Assembly: GCA_040767195.1 (NCBI GenBank)
Contig: JAXGPA010000003.1
Coordinates: 160,001-224,000, forward strand
Source: Syntrophales bacterium
GTDB lineage: Bacteria; Desulfobacterota; Syntrophia; Syntrophales; UBA6807
Direction of reading: 5' to 3'
DNA length: 64,000 nt
The notes below the pieces were generated by a model. The model saw nothing but the letters and a program-made list of their open reading frames with translations. It was not told the DNA's origin and ran no database searches. A program made the translations under genes and the position numbers. Shown piece by piece: positions 21,902 to 30,641 of this stretch (positions within the stretch are counted from its first letter, which is position 1; every line of letters begins with the position of its first letter).

Positions 21902-22491
21902 GAAAATTCATGTATGGCCTGGTTTTCCTCACTTTTTTTACTTTTATTACGGGGTGTGCGTCATCGTCACCATCTCATTTTTATACACTGACTCCGGTAT
22001 CTGTTCCGGCTTTGACGACCGGGGCGGACTACGCCGTGTCGGTCGGTCCCGTTGTGGTGCCCGCCATGGTCGACAGACCCCAGATCGTTCTTCGGACAGG
22101 TCCTAACAGGGTGTTCATCGACGAATTTGATCGCTGGGCGTCGTCACTCAAGGACAACATTCAGCAGGTCGTTGTGGAGAACCTCATTTCCATGCTCGGG
22201 ACGACCCGGGTCACCATGTTTCCCAAATTCACGGCGGCTGACGCGTCCTATAGAACCCTCATCGAAGTTCTGCATTTCGATTCGGAGCTGGGGAAAAAGG
22301 CCACACTCGACGCGCTCTGGGAGGTCAAGGCCTTGAAAAAGGAACTCTCCCATCGAGGGCGCACGACCCTTTCAGAACCGGTGAGCGGAGAAGATTATGA
22401 AGCCCTCGTCGCGGCGCACAGCCGCGCTCTGGCCAAATTGAGCGCGGACATCGCCGAGGCGATCCGGGCGTTTGAAAAAGGAACCCCTTGA
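21898..22491 (+). CDS. pqiC: PqiC-family lipoprotein
   Basis: Lipobox ITGC; FYTL, VDRPQIV, DRWA motifs. Confidence 0.88.
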   Translation: MRKFMYGLVFLTFFTFITGCASSSPSHFYTLTPVSVPALTTGADYAVSVGPVVVPAMVDRPQIVLRTGPNRVFIDEFDRWASSLKDNIQQVVVENLISMLGTTRVTMFPKFTAADASYRTLIEVLHFDSELGKKATLDALWEVKALKKELSHRGRTTLSEPVSGEDYEALVAAHSRALAKLSADIAEAIRAFEKGTP

Positions 22492-22557
22492 TCCGGGCCG
22501 GTGCCTGCAGAGTGACGCCCGTGGCAAGGGCGGCGAATTTCATCGGGGGCCATCTTC

Positions 22558-23097
22558 ATGAATAACGTGTTCATCATTCCCACGGGCCAGGAATCTTTAG
22601 GCAAACCTTCCCTTGCCCGGTCGGCCGTGTGCGATATGGAAATGCTCCTCACGTTCATACCCCCTGGACGGTTCGCCGAGGATTTGAAAGGACTCTGCCC
22701 CGACGGGGTCTGCTACATCCGGGGGGTGCGGGAACGAAGGGGCGACAACGAGGGGATATGGGAAACGATGACCCAGGGCGACCTCATCCTCGAATACAGG
22801 GATGGCACCATTCTCTCAGCGTCCTTTCTTGTCGCGAAAAAAAACGACCCTCTCCTGGCGGAAAAACTGTGGAACGGAGACGGGCCTTTCGGGCTTTTGT
22901 GCTTCACCGACAAACCGCGGGTGGGTGACGTCCCTATCCTTCCCCAGATGCGGCGGTATCTTGACGGGGAATACGGGGATTTCACAAAACTCGACGCCGA
23001 CAAGGTCGCAAACATCGTGGCCGATTACGGGTCCCTGGAAACGTTCGTCAACCTGTGTCTCAGGTACGATTTTCCATTCAGCTTCCGCCATTCGTGA
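22558..23097 (+). CDS. Hypothetical protein, possible PUA/EVE-like fold
   Basis: WETMTQGDLILEY and LAEKLW resemble PUA-like N-terminal domains of some restriction nucleases. Confidence 0.6.
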   Translation: MNNVFIIPTGQESLGKPSLARSAVCDMEMLLTFIPPGRFAEDLKGLCPDGVCYIRGVRERRGDNEGIWETMTQGDLILEYRDGTILSASFLVAKKNDPLLAEKLWNGDGPFGLLCFTDKPRVGDVPILPQMRRYLDGEYGDFTKLDADKVANIVADYGSLETFVNLCLRYDFPFSFRHS

Positions 23098-23195
23098 CGG
23101 GAACGCGGGAAGCCTTATAAAGCAACACGTCAAGCTCACGGTAAAAAACCCTCTCGTGCGAGTCAAAAAAGACACCGCCACGGCGAACTAAATGC

Positions 23196-23224
23196 TTGAC
23201 ATCAACGCAAATGCCTATTATACG
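23196..23224 (+). promoter_or_regulatory. sigma70 promoter of CoA-transferase gene
   Basis: TTGACA-17bp-TATACG. Confidence 0.55.
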
Positions 23225-23406
23225 AAGTGAAAGAGTTTCCAAGCTTCACGAGTCAAAAAACGGTAAGAAAAGGGGGTGGGTAACGAATAATACAGTGATT
23301 TTAAGATCTATCCGGAAAAGTTGTAGAAAGTGAATGGCATCATTCGAGTTGGAGTCTGCCAGTCAGATTCGGGCTAATATCAGGTATTGATTTAGGAGGG
23401 TAAGAA

Positions 23407-24951
23407 ATGGCGCAAGAGAAAATCAAGGAACCGTTGAAAATCAGGATGACCCCACCCACCCAGCAGAAGCTCAGGGACAAGACGATCACGGCGAAACAGT
23501 GGGCCGACATGGTAAAGCCCGGCGACTGGATCAACCGCGGCGGTCCCGGCGCTGACTCGCTTCCCAGCATGGAAGCCCTGGCGGCGCGTTTTCATGACGG
23601 CCCCGGCGGCCTGCATAACATCGAGATCTGGAACCAGGCCATCATGCTCGGTCACAATTTCTTTTTTGCCGCCGACCCCGAGGGGAAATACCATGTGAAC
23701 CACGAGGCCTTCCTTCTGCCGACCCTTCGCGGCATCCTGAAAAAGGGATACAAGGCGTTCGACTGGAAGCACTGGGGATGGGCCATCGGCATGGACGCCG
23801 AATACGCCCGCTTCTACCGGAAGGATAAATCCAAGAGGGCCATGGACTGGAGCGTTCAGGCCATCGCGGTACCCGAGGGCGGTTACGTCAACGCCAGTTA
23901 CGGCGTCAACAACTTCCTGCAGGTCGCCAAGTCCAGCAAGAAGGTAGTCTGCGAGATCCGTTCCGACTACGCCTGGTGCGAAGCCGGGCGGAGCATGATG
24001 CTTCCCATCGACGAGGTCGATTACTTCATCGAAGTCGATGTGAACGACCCGAAATACCAGTGGATGTACATTCCTGAAAAAGACATCAAGCCCAAAGATG
24101 TGGAAATGGCCATCGCCAATCACTGCCTCGAGATCATGCGGGACGGCGACTGCATCCAGGTCGGCATCGGCGGCCTTCCCACGGCCGTGGTCATCGCCCT
24201 GGCGGGGTCCAACCTGAGGCACCTGGGCGTGCACAGCGAAATGATCGGCGAATACGCCTTCACCCTGACGGAACGGGGCGTCGTGGACAACTCGCGGAAG
24301 ACCATCGACCCGGGTCGGTGCGGCTGGGCCTACATCATGCCCGTCGACACGCCGAGGTACTACGAGTGGATGCACCGGAACCCCTATTTCGCCGGGTTCG
24401 ACATCGGCTACACGAACAATATCCAGACCCTCTCACAGCTGGACAACATGGTGACGGTGAACAACTTCGCCGCCATGGACCTCCGTGGCCAGGACTGTGC
24501 CGGTAACGTCGGCGGGAAGGTCATCTCCAGCACGGGCGGCCAGTTCCAGTTCACCATCGGCGCTTCCATGGCCAGGGGCGGCCGGGCGATCATCGCCGCG
24601 ACGTCTCGGGATGCCGCGGGCCGGTCCCGCTTCTTCCCCAAGCTGCCTATGGGAAGCGTCATCACCGTTCCCGACCAGCTGGTCACCTGGGTGTGCACGG
24701 AATACGGCATCGTCAACCTCATGGGCTGCACCGATGCTGAAAAAGCGAAGAAGATCATCAGCATCGCCCATCCCGATGACCGGGAGCTTCTGGAAAAAGG
24801 CGCCGCGGAAATGGGCATCATGGAGAAACACTGGATGTTCGACTCCGCACCGGATCGCCGTTTCCCCACATCCTTCGACCTGGTCGACCACAAGTACGGT
24901 TATGCGCAGGTTCAGACAGCCCCCGCTCCCATTGCCAAGCTGTTTGATTAA
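23407..24951 (+). CDS. Acetyl-CoA hydrolase/transferase family CoA-transferase
   Basis: CIQVGIGGLP, LGVHSEM, ISSTGGQ, TEYGIVNL, IAHPDDRE; AGGAGG RBS. Confidence 0.9.
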   Translation: MAQEKIKEPLKIRMTPPTQQKLRDKTITAKQWADMVKPGDWINRGGPGADSLPSMEALAARFHDGPGGLHNIEIWNQAIMLGHNFFFAADPEGKYHVNHEAFLLPTLRGILKKGYKAFDWKHWGWAIGMDAEYARFYRKDKSKRAMDWSVQAIAVPEGGYVNASYGVNNFLQVAKSSKKVVCEIRSDYAWCEAGRSMMLPIDEVDYFIEVDVNDPKYQWMYIPEKDIKPKDVEMAIANHCLEIMRDGDCIQVGIGGLPTAVVIALAGSNLRHLGVHSEMIGEYAFTLTERGVVDNSRKTIDPGRCGWAYIMPVDTPRYYEWMHRNPYFAGFDIGYTNNIQTLSQLDNMVTVNNFAAMDLRGQDCAGNVGGKVISSTGGQFQFTIGASMARGGRAIIAATSRDAAGRSRFFPKLPMGSVITVPDQLVTWVCTEYGIVNLMGCTDAEKAKKIISIAHPDDRELLEKGAAEMGIMEKHWMFDSAPDRRFPTSFDLVDHKYGYAQVQTAPAPIAKLFD

Positions 24952-24975
24952 AAGAATCGAAACAAACCTTTGAGG

Positions 24976-25017
24976 AAAAAGGGCAGGGTTTTTCACAAAC
25001 CCTGCCCTTTTCTTTTT
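24976..25017. terminator. Bidirectional intrinsic terminator
   Basis: AAAAAGGGCAGGGTTT-loop-AAACCCTGCCCTTTT between convergent genes. Confidence 0.85.
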
Positions 25018-26810
25018 CAGTCTCGTTCAATTACCTTGAGATTCAGCCGGGCGGCCTCGAGCCCGGGGTCGCAGGACAGGGCACGCCGGAAACTTTCGGC
25101 CGCTTCACCTCTTCTCCCCTCCTTCATGTAGACAACACCGAGGAGGTTGTGCGCTTCGGCATAACCGGCGTTGATCTCGAGGGCCTCCCGAAGCAACTGG
25201 GCGGCCTTTTCATTTTCCCCCCGGCTGACGAAGATCATGGCCATGTTGAACAGCATCCCCTCCTTCACGGGACCGTGCTTCAGCGCCTCGAGCAGATGCG
25301 CCTCCGCCCCCTCGAGATTGCCCTGGCGAAGAAGAACAACGCCCAGGTTGTTGTGGGCGGCGGTGTAGCCGGGATTGAAGCGGATGGCCTCGCGGTAGTG
25401 GAACACAGCCTGGTCCCCGCGCCCCAGGGCCACCAGGTGGTTGGCCAGGTTGAAATGGGCGCTGAAGTGACGGGGATTGACCCGGATGGCCTCCTGGAAG
25501 TGGTTGACAGCCGCTTCCCGTTCACCGTCATCGGCCAGGGCTACGGCGAGGTTGTTGTGGGCGAGAGCGTTGTTCTCTGTCACCTCGAGGGCGTGCGTGA
25601 AGAGGCTTCGGCTGTTCTTCCAGTGAGACAGTTGAAACCATGTCGTCGAGGAAAGTCCCGCCAGGAGTATCAGGACAAGGGAAGCCGAAGCGAAAACGGG
25701 AAATCGCCGACGGGAAAGGGTCTCATCGACAGCCCAGGTCAGGGCGATGAAAAGACCGATGAGAGGGATATAGGTGTACCGGTCGGCCATGCTCTGGGGG
25801 CCCACCTGGACGATACCGATGACAGGGAAAAGGGAAATGAGGTACCAGAGCCACCCGGTGAAGAACCAGGGCCGGCGGGCCTTTTCCCGGAAAACGAACA
25901 CGGTGATGAGAACCAGGAGGGCCGCCGCTCCCAGAACCTTCCAGAAAGGAATGGCCGCCGGGTAGGGGTAAAAGACGGACAAGCCGGCTGGCCAGAACAT
26001 CTTGCCCATGTATGTAACGGCGGAAACCAGGGCATTGGCGGCCCGATCCGCCAGGGGGATGGCCTCGAGGCTTCTCATGGCTCCCCCGGAAGCCTGGGCG
26101 TAGAGCGTTATCCCGGAAGACAGGACGGCAAGAGCGAAAAAGGGGATTTTTTCCATTTTTGAAGGTGGCCTGTCGGGAACAGGCCGGCGCCGCAAGGGCC
26201 ACACATCGAGAAGGAGCAGAAGGAAGGGTGCGCTGACGAGCATGGGCTTGGCCATGAGTCCGAGAGCGAAGAACACCAGGGCGATTCCGTATTTCCAGCG
26301 GCCCGGTCTCTCCACGTAAAGGGCGTAGGCCCCCAGCATGAGGAAAAGAAAAAAGGTGCTGAGGACGTCTTTTCGTTCCGCCACCCAGGCCACCGATTCC
26401 ACGTGCAGGGGATGAAAAGCGAAGAGTGCGGCCACGATGCCGCTTTTGCCCGGGGCGCCGGTCATCCGGGTCAGGATGAGAAAGAGGAGGACCGTGTTCA
26501 GGATGTGAAAAAAGAGGTTTGTCCCGTGGTGGCCCCCGGGATCGAGACCGTAGATCTCGACATCGATCATGTGGGAAAGCCAGGTCAGGGGATGCCAGTT
26601 GCTGGCGTGAAAAGAGGTGAACGCCCAGCCCAGGCCGCGAAGGGTCACCCCGGCGGTGACCTCCCGGTTGTTCAATACATACTGCCAGTCGTCCAGGTTG
26701 ATAAAATCGTGGTTAACGACGGGATGATACAGAAAAAGAGTCATCCCCGCCAAAAAAACAGAGACGGCCCAGAGCGTTTTCTTGAGGTCCGTCCGCGGCA
26801 ACGGGTTCAC
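25017..26810 (-). CDS. TMTC-like GT-C membrane glycosyltransferase with C-terminal TPRs
   Basis: NLDD, WHPLTWLSH, HPLHVESVAWVAERKD, MADRYTY, then several TPRs. Confidence 0.85.
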   Translation of the reverse strand: MNPLPRTDLKKTLWAVSVFLAGMTLFLYHPVVNHDFINLDDWQYVLNNREVTAGVTLRGLGWAFTSFHASNWHPLTWLSHMIDVEIYGLDPGGHHGTNLFFHILNTVLLFLILTRMTGAPGKSGIVAALFAFHPLHVESVAWVAERKDVLSTFFLFLMLGAYALYVERPGRWKYGIALVFFALGLMAKPMLVSAPFLLLLLDVWPLRRRPVPDRPPSKMEKIPFFALAVLSSGITLYAQASGGAMRSLEAIPLADRAANALVSAVTYMGKMFWPAGLSVFYPYPAAIPFWKVLGAAALLVLITVFVFREKARRPWFFTGWLWYLISLFPVIGIVQVGPQSMADRYTYIPLIGLFIALTWAVDETLSRRRFPVFASASLVLILLAGLSSTTWFQLSHWKNSRSLFTHALEVTENNALAHNNLAVALADDGEREAAVNHFQEAIRVNPRHFSAHFNLANHLVALGRGDQAVFHYREAIRFNPGYTAAHNNLGVVLLRQGNLEGAEAHLLEALKHGPVKEGMLFNMAMIFVSRGENEKAAQLLREALEINAGYAEAHNLLGVVYMKEGRRGEAAESFRRALSCDPGLEAARLNLKVIERD

Positions 26811-27250
26811 CGGTCCGGCAACGCCATGCCGCCTGTTTCATGCTTGACGGTGATGGGTTCGCCCCTGATACCGGCATAGAAAACAATTATTTCCGCCGTT
26901 TCATTGCCGTCGTTTTTCCCGTAGTGCCAGGTGTTCACAACCTCGACAATGGCCTCACCGGCTTTCAGGTTCAGTGTCCTGCCGCTTTTGGTGACGACCG
27001 TCAGTTCCCCTCGCAACAAAACACCCGCGTTAATAACAGGATGCCTGTGGAGCGGTAAAATCGCACCGGGGGGGATGGTGATCCTCAGGATGGTTATTTC
27101 AGGGTTTCCTTCCGGGTAATCAGGCAGAAGGTTTCCGTCCCAGCTGGAACCGGTTCTCGAAAGGGTTTCGACGTGAACGCCGCTTTCGTCCGCCGCCGCG
27201 ACATGCACCGACAGCAGTATCGCCAGCCCTACAAACAAAATCCTTTTCAC
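26807..27250 (-). CDS. Secreted cupin-domain protein
   Basis: Signal peptide; LPLHRHP, GEL, WHYG cupin motifs; GTG at 27250 abuts the mobile-element end. Confidence 0.8.
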   Translation of the reverse strand: MKRILFVGLAILLSVHVAAADESGVHVETLSRTGSSWDGNLLPDYPEGNPEITILRITIPPGAILPLHRHPVINAGVLLRGELTVVTKSGRTLNLKAGEAIVEVVNTWHYGKNDGNETAEIIVFYAGIRGEPITVKHETGGMALPDR

Positions 27251-28198
27251 GGGGTCGGACCAAGATAACATGTTGATTAATCGGGATATACTTCCCAAAA
27301 TAGGCTGTTTTTATGCCTTAAAAGGGCATTTTCGGGCCGGAAAACACTGTTGTAAGATTCATCAGGGTCTTTAAGAATATACAAATTCTCCGTCTTCAAA
27401 GAACGAACATCTCGCCCTGATCCTTGAAGTCCAAGATTTACTTTCACTCGGCTCACATAATCCCGGCTGCCCACGGCAACGCTATTTGACCAGAAGGCCT
27501 GTTTTACGGAACCTGCGGCAATGGCCTTCTGAATCCACTCTTCGTAGACATTATTAAAATTTTCATTCACAGCTACCAGTTCATTGAGTCTTTCCCTGGC
27601 GATGATTCGATATCGTTTTGGAGGGTTCATTAATTCGTGATAACCGCAATGCCTCCACTTTCCAGGATGATTGACGACTCCGGCACGAACCATATTCAGA
27701 TCTATGTAAAGGAGGCATCGAATCAAGTGTTCTTCCGTATCGATGGCTGTGGCATGATAACGATCCTCCCAAAAAGCACCGTTCCGTTTTTTCCGCCGGT
27801 TATATGCCTGGGCCGTTCTACCGGCGACAAGTTGAACAGATTTTGGAATAACCTCTCTGTCTTTCCCCCCGTATACCATGAGGTGAATGTGATTTGAGGT
27901 TATCGCGTAATTCAAGACCTCGAGGCCATACCGTTTTTTCGCCTCGAAAAGCCAACGGACCCAGGTACTGCGGTCAATTGAAAACTTAAGGAGAAAAGAG
28001 CTTTTATGGCAGCGGTGCGTTATGTGCCACACATTGTCCGGTAGGAAGTGTCTGTTCGCTCTGGGCATGTTCAAATATCAAGGAGCGTTTTTTTTAAACA
28101 AGCTTTTTTGACATCAAAAAGGGCCTTTTAAGGCCGATAATCGCAACAAATAAGATTGTTTAGGAAACTATTTCAAATAGTTAACTTGGTCCGACCCC
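27251..28198. mobile_element. HUH/Y1 (RAYT-like) element bounded by imperfect ~82-bp terminal inverted repeats
   Basis: Left GGGGTCGGACCAAGATAAC (27251) and right GTTAACTTGGTCCGACCCC (ends 28198); second shared block GCCTTAAAAGG at identical offset; lower GC than flanks. Confidence 0.85.
27277..28074 (-). CDS. REP-associated tyrosine transposase-like HUH endonuclease (Y1_Tnp)
   Basis: WHITHR, HUH motif NHIHL, FWEDRY, catalytic Tyr in LYIDLNMVRAG. Confidence 0.92.
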   Translation of the reverse strand: MNMPRANRHFLPDNVWHITHRCHKSSFLLKFSIDRSTWVRWLFEAKKRYGLEVLNYAITSNHIHLMVYGGKDREVIPKSVQLVAGRTAQAYNRRKKRNGAFWEDRYHATAIDTEEHLIRCLLYIDLNMVRAGVVNHPGKWRHCGYHELMNPPKRYRIIARERLNELVAVNENFNNVYEEWIQKAIAAGSVKQAFWSNSVAVGSRDYVSRVKVNLGLQGSGRDVRSLKTENLYILKDPDESYNSVFRPENALLRHKNSLFWEVYPD

Positions 28199-28214
28199 GG
28201 ATTCCCGGATTCCA

Positions 28215-28302
28215 TGGTGCCTGGGGCGGGAATCGAACCCGCACAGCCTCGAGGACCGAGGGATTTTAAGTCCCTTGCGTCTACCAGTTCCGCCACCCAG
28301 GC
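28215..28302 (-). tRNA. tRNA-Leu (TAA)
   Basis: GCCTGGGTGGCGGAACTGGTAGACGCAAGGGACTTAAAATCCCT...GGGTTCGATTCCCGCCCCAGGCACCA; long variable arm; upstream TTGACA-17-TATAGC promoter. Confidence 0.97.
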
Positions 28303-28389
28303 ACGAAAAATCACTTTAGCTATAGCCTCTCGAACAAGCGCTGTCAAGGATTACGTCCGGTTTCATGGGCCTCCTTACACCGTGGCGGA

Positions 28390-29301
28390 CTATCCTCTGG
28401 GATGGTATTTCCGGTGTGTCTCCCGCAGGCGCTCCCGGGTCACATGGGTGTAAACCTGGGTCGTTGAAATGTCGGCATGGCCGAGCATGATCTGGACTGA
28501 CCGGAGGTCCGCTCCCCCCTCGAGAAGGTGGGTGGCGAAAGAGTGGCGGAACACGTGGGGGTGTATGCGCTTCTGCAGTCCGGCAAGGCGGGCGCAGGCC
28601 CGGACAATCTTCCAGAACCCCTGGCGGGTGAGCCCCTTTCCCGAACGGTTCAGGAAGAGGACATCCGTCCGCGAGCCTTTCAGAAGCTTCGGCCGCACCT
28701 CCCCCAGGTACTGACGGATGTAGTTCTGGGCGGAACGCCCCACGGGAACGATCCGCTCCTTGTCGCCCTTCCCGCGGATGAGAACAAAACCCACCTGCCA
28801 GTTGAGCTGACCCAGGGTCGTCGATATGAGCTCCGTCACCCGGACCCCCGTGGCATACATGAATTCCATCATGGCCCGGTTGCGAAGCCCCAGGGGTGTC
28901 GTCACATCGGGCTGCTCGAGAAGACGGTCCATCTCCTCCCGGGAAAGCGTGTGGGGAAGGTGAACCCACTCCTTTCCAGAAACGATGTCCGAAATGGGGT
29001 TTTCGTCGATGAGTTCTTCTCTCAAAAGATATCGGAACAACCCCCGAATGGCGGCAATGGCCCGGTTGACGGACCGGCTGTTCAAACCATGAGAACGGAG
29101 ATGCCCGATGTGGGCGATGACATGGTCCGAGTTGACATGAAGAAAATCGCTTGCGGCTCCCGTTTCCTCGAGACAGGCGATGAACCGGCTGAGATCACGG
29201 CCGTAAGCCTCGAGGGTGTTCCGGGACACCCCCTTTTCGACGGCCATGAAATCCAGGTACGCATCCACCTGGTCATGAAGAGAAAGGGCCGGGCGTTTCA
29301 C
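28390..29301 (-). CDS. xerD: Site-specific tyrosine recombinase XerD
   Basis: NTLEAYGRDL, YATGVRVTEL, GKGDKER, LTRQGFW, HPHVFRHSFATHLL, LGHADISTTQVY, HPRG. Confidence 0.95.
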   Translation of the reverse strand: MKRPALSLHDQVDAYLDFMAVEKGVSRNTLEAYGRDLSRFIACLEETGAASDFLHVNSDHVIAHIGHLRSHGLNSRSVNRAIAAIRGLFRYLLREELIDENPISDIVSGKEWVHLPHTLSREEMDRLLEQPDVTTPLGLRNRAMMEFMYATGVRVTELISTTLGQLNWQVGFVLIRGKGDKERIVPVGRSAQNYIRQYLGEVRPKLLKGSRTDVLFLNRSGKGLTRQGFWKIVRACARLAGLQKRIHPHVFRHSFATHLLEGGADLRSVQIMLGHADISTTQVYTHVTRERLRETHRKYHPRG

Positions 29302-29315
29302 CGTCGGTCACCCCC

Positions 29316-30434
29316 CTATTCAGCAAGCCACTTTTTGTGACCTTTCAGTTCTTCCGTCTCCCACCGGGGGGACAGTCGAAGCGACAGGAAGTGGTCAAAA
29401 AGCTTTTCCACGGTTCCCAGAAGGGTTTCCACAAGCTGGATTCGCTCCAGGAGACGGCCTTCCCGGCTTTCTTCCTCGTCGGAAAAATCAACTGTCACGG
29501 GAAGCCTGAGGGTCTGGTAACGGAACGTTTCCGCCTTGAGGGTGAATTCCCACTGCTCAGAACCCAGGTCAACCCGAATACGGGCCTCCCGGATCTTCTT
29601 CCCTTCCCGGAGAGCCGCCTTCCCTTCCCGCAGGTCCGCGTGCATCCCCTGACAGGTCACCGTTTCGGCATACTCGCCTTCCCCGGACGAGAGAACCATT
29701 TTCCGTACAAAGATGAGCCCCATGTCTCCCATGCCCGGCAGAAGGATCGTGCCACCCCGCTCCTCGCTCTTATACCAGAGCCAGGAAAGAAATTCCTTGC
29801 CCAGGAAGGCGAAGTTCCTGTCCCCTTCCCTGTTGGACGGCGCCGCCGTCTCCCCGGGAAGGGCCCGCATTTTATCCACCGTCGCCCCGTCTCGGTCCTG
29901 GGGGTCCCAGGGGAACCAGGGCCTGAGTTTCATTTCAAAGGTCCTCCTGAAAAGGTCCTCGAAGTCTTCCAGGGTTTTCTTCCCCGATCCGCCGAAAAGA
30001 AGCCTCCCCTCCGAAAGGTTCCAGCAGATTTCGGAAAAAGACGGTGTGGGAGGAGTCTGTGAAAGGCAGGAAAGAAAAACGGCATCGCGAATGTCCTCCC
30101 GCTCGTTTTTGTAAAGTTTCTTCCGCCTGCTTTCCTCGAGGACCTTTTTTTCCCGTTCAAGGGTCCGGATCCTGAGCAGAGCCGGTGGGACGAGCCGGCG
30201 GTCGACCCGGAGCAGAAAGGTGAAATAATCCGCCACGGCATAGGAAAGGTAGGAAAAGGCCGTGTCCAGAGGGTTTTCCAGGCTTGTCCAGCCGAGCGAT
30301 TTTTCACCGGTCGGCATAAGTTCCTGAAAGGCGAAGCGCTTCAACTGCCTGTCGGCGAAGTCCCTGAATCCGACGGGGAGGTCCCCGTCGACCCGGTATA
30401 TGACGAAAGAAAGAGTTCCCTTCAGAAGACCCAT
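29316..30434 (-). CDS. RdgC-like recombination-associated protein (two fused halves)
   Basis: MGLLKGTLSF...LRVDRR N-half; FLGKEFLSWLW and EGKAALREGKK C-half. Confidence 0.7.
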   Translation of the reverse strand: MGLLKGTLSFVIYRVDGDLPVGFRDFADRQLKRFAFQELMPTGEKSLGWTSLENPLDTAFSYLSYAVADYFTFLLRVDRRLVPPALLRIRTLEREKKVLEESRRKKLYKNEREDIRDAVFLSCLSQTPPTPSFSEICWNLSEGRLLFGGSGKKTLEDFEDLFRRTFEMKLRPWFPWDPQDRDGATVDKMRALPGETAAPSNREGDRNFAFLGKEFLSWLWYKSEERGGTILLPGMGDMGLIFVRKMVLSSGEGEYAETVTCQGMHADLREGKAALREGKKIREARIRVDLGSEQWEFTLKAETFRYQTLRLPVTVDFSDEEESREGRLLERIQLVETLLGTVEKLFDHFLSLRLSPRWETEELKGHKKWLAE

Positions 30435-30641
30435 GAATACCCCTGTTCCCGATCTGGATTGAGACGAACCTTACGCAGTTTCGGGAGGGCTGTCAAGGCG
30501 ATTTCATCTTGGCCGGTCCCTTTCGCATGGACAGGAAATCCGTTTTTGTGATAGTCATAGAAAGCAAGTGGTCAATGGGAGCTTGAGCTTTTTCAAGACC
30601 CGTTTAAACCGCAACACCCCTTTCAGGAATCTTTTCAAACA

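Noticed and set aside
28214..28453. 79-aa ORF MVPGAGIEPA...
   Set aside because: Antisense translation of tRNA-Leu
28390..29301. Tyrosine recombinase next to tRNA-Leu as an island integrase
   Set aside because: Canonical XerD signature; it is on the tRNA 5' side, and I found no duplicated tRNA 3' end (att) in the window
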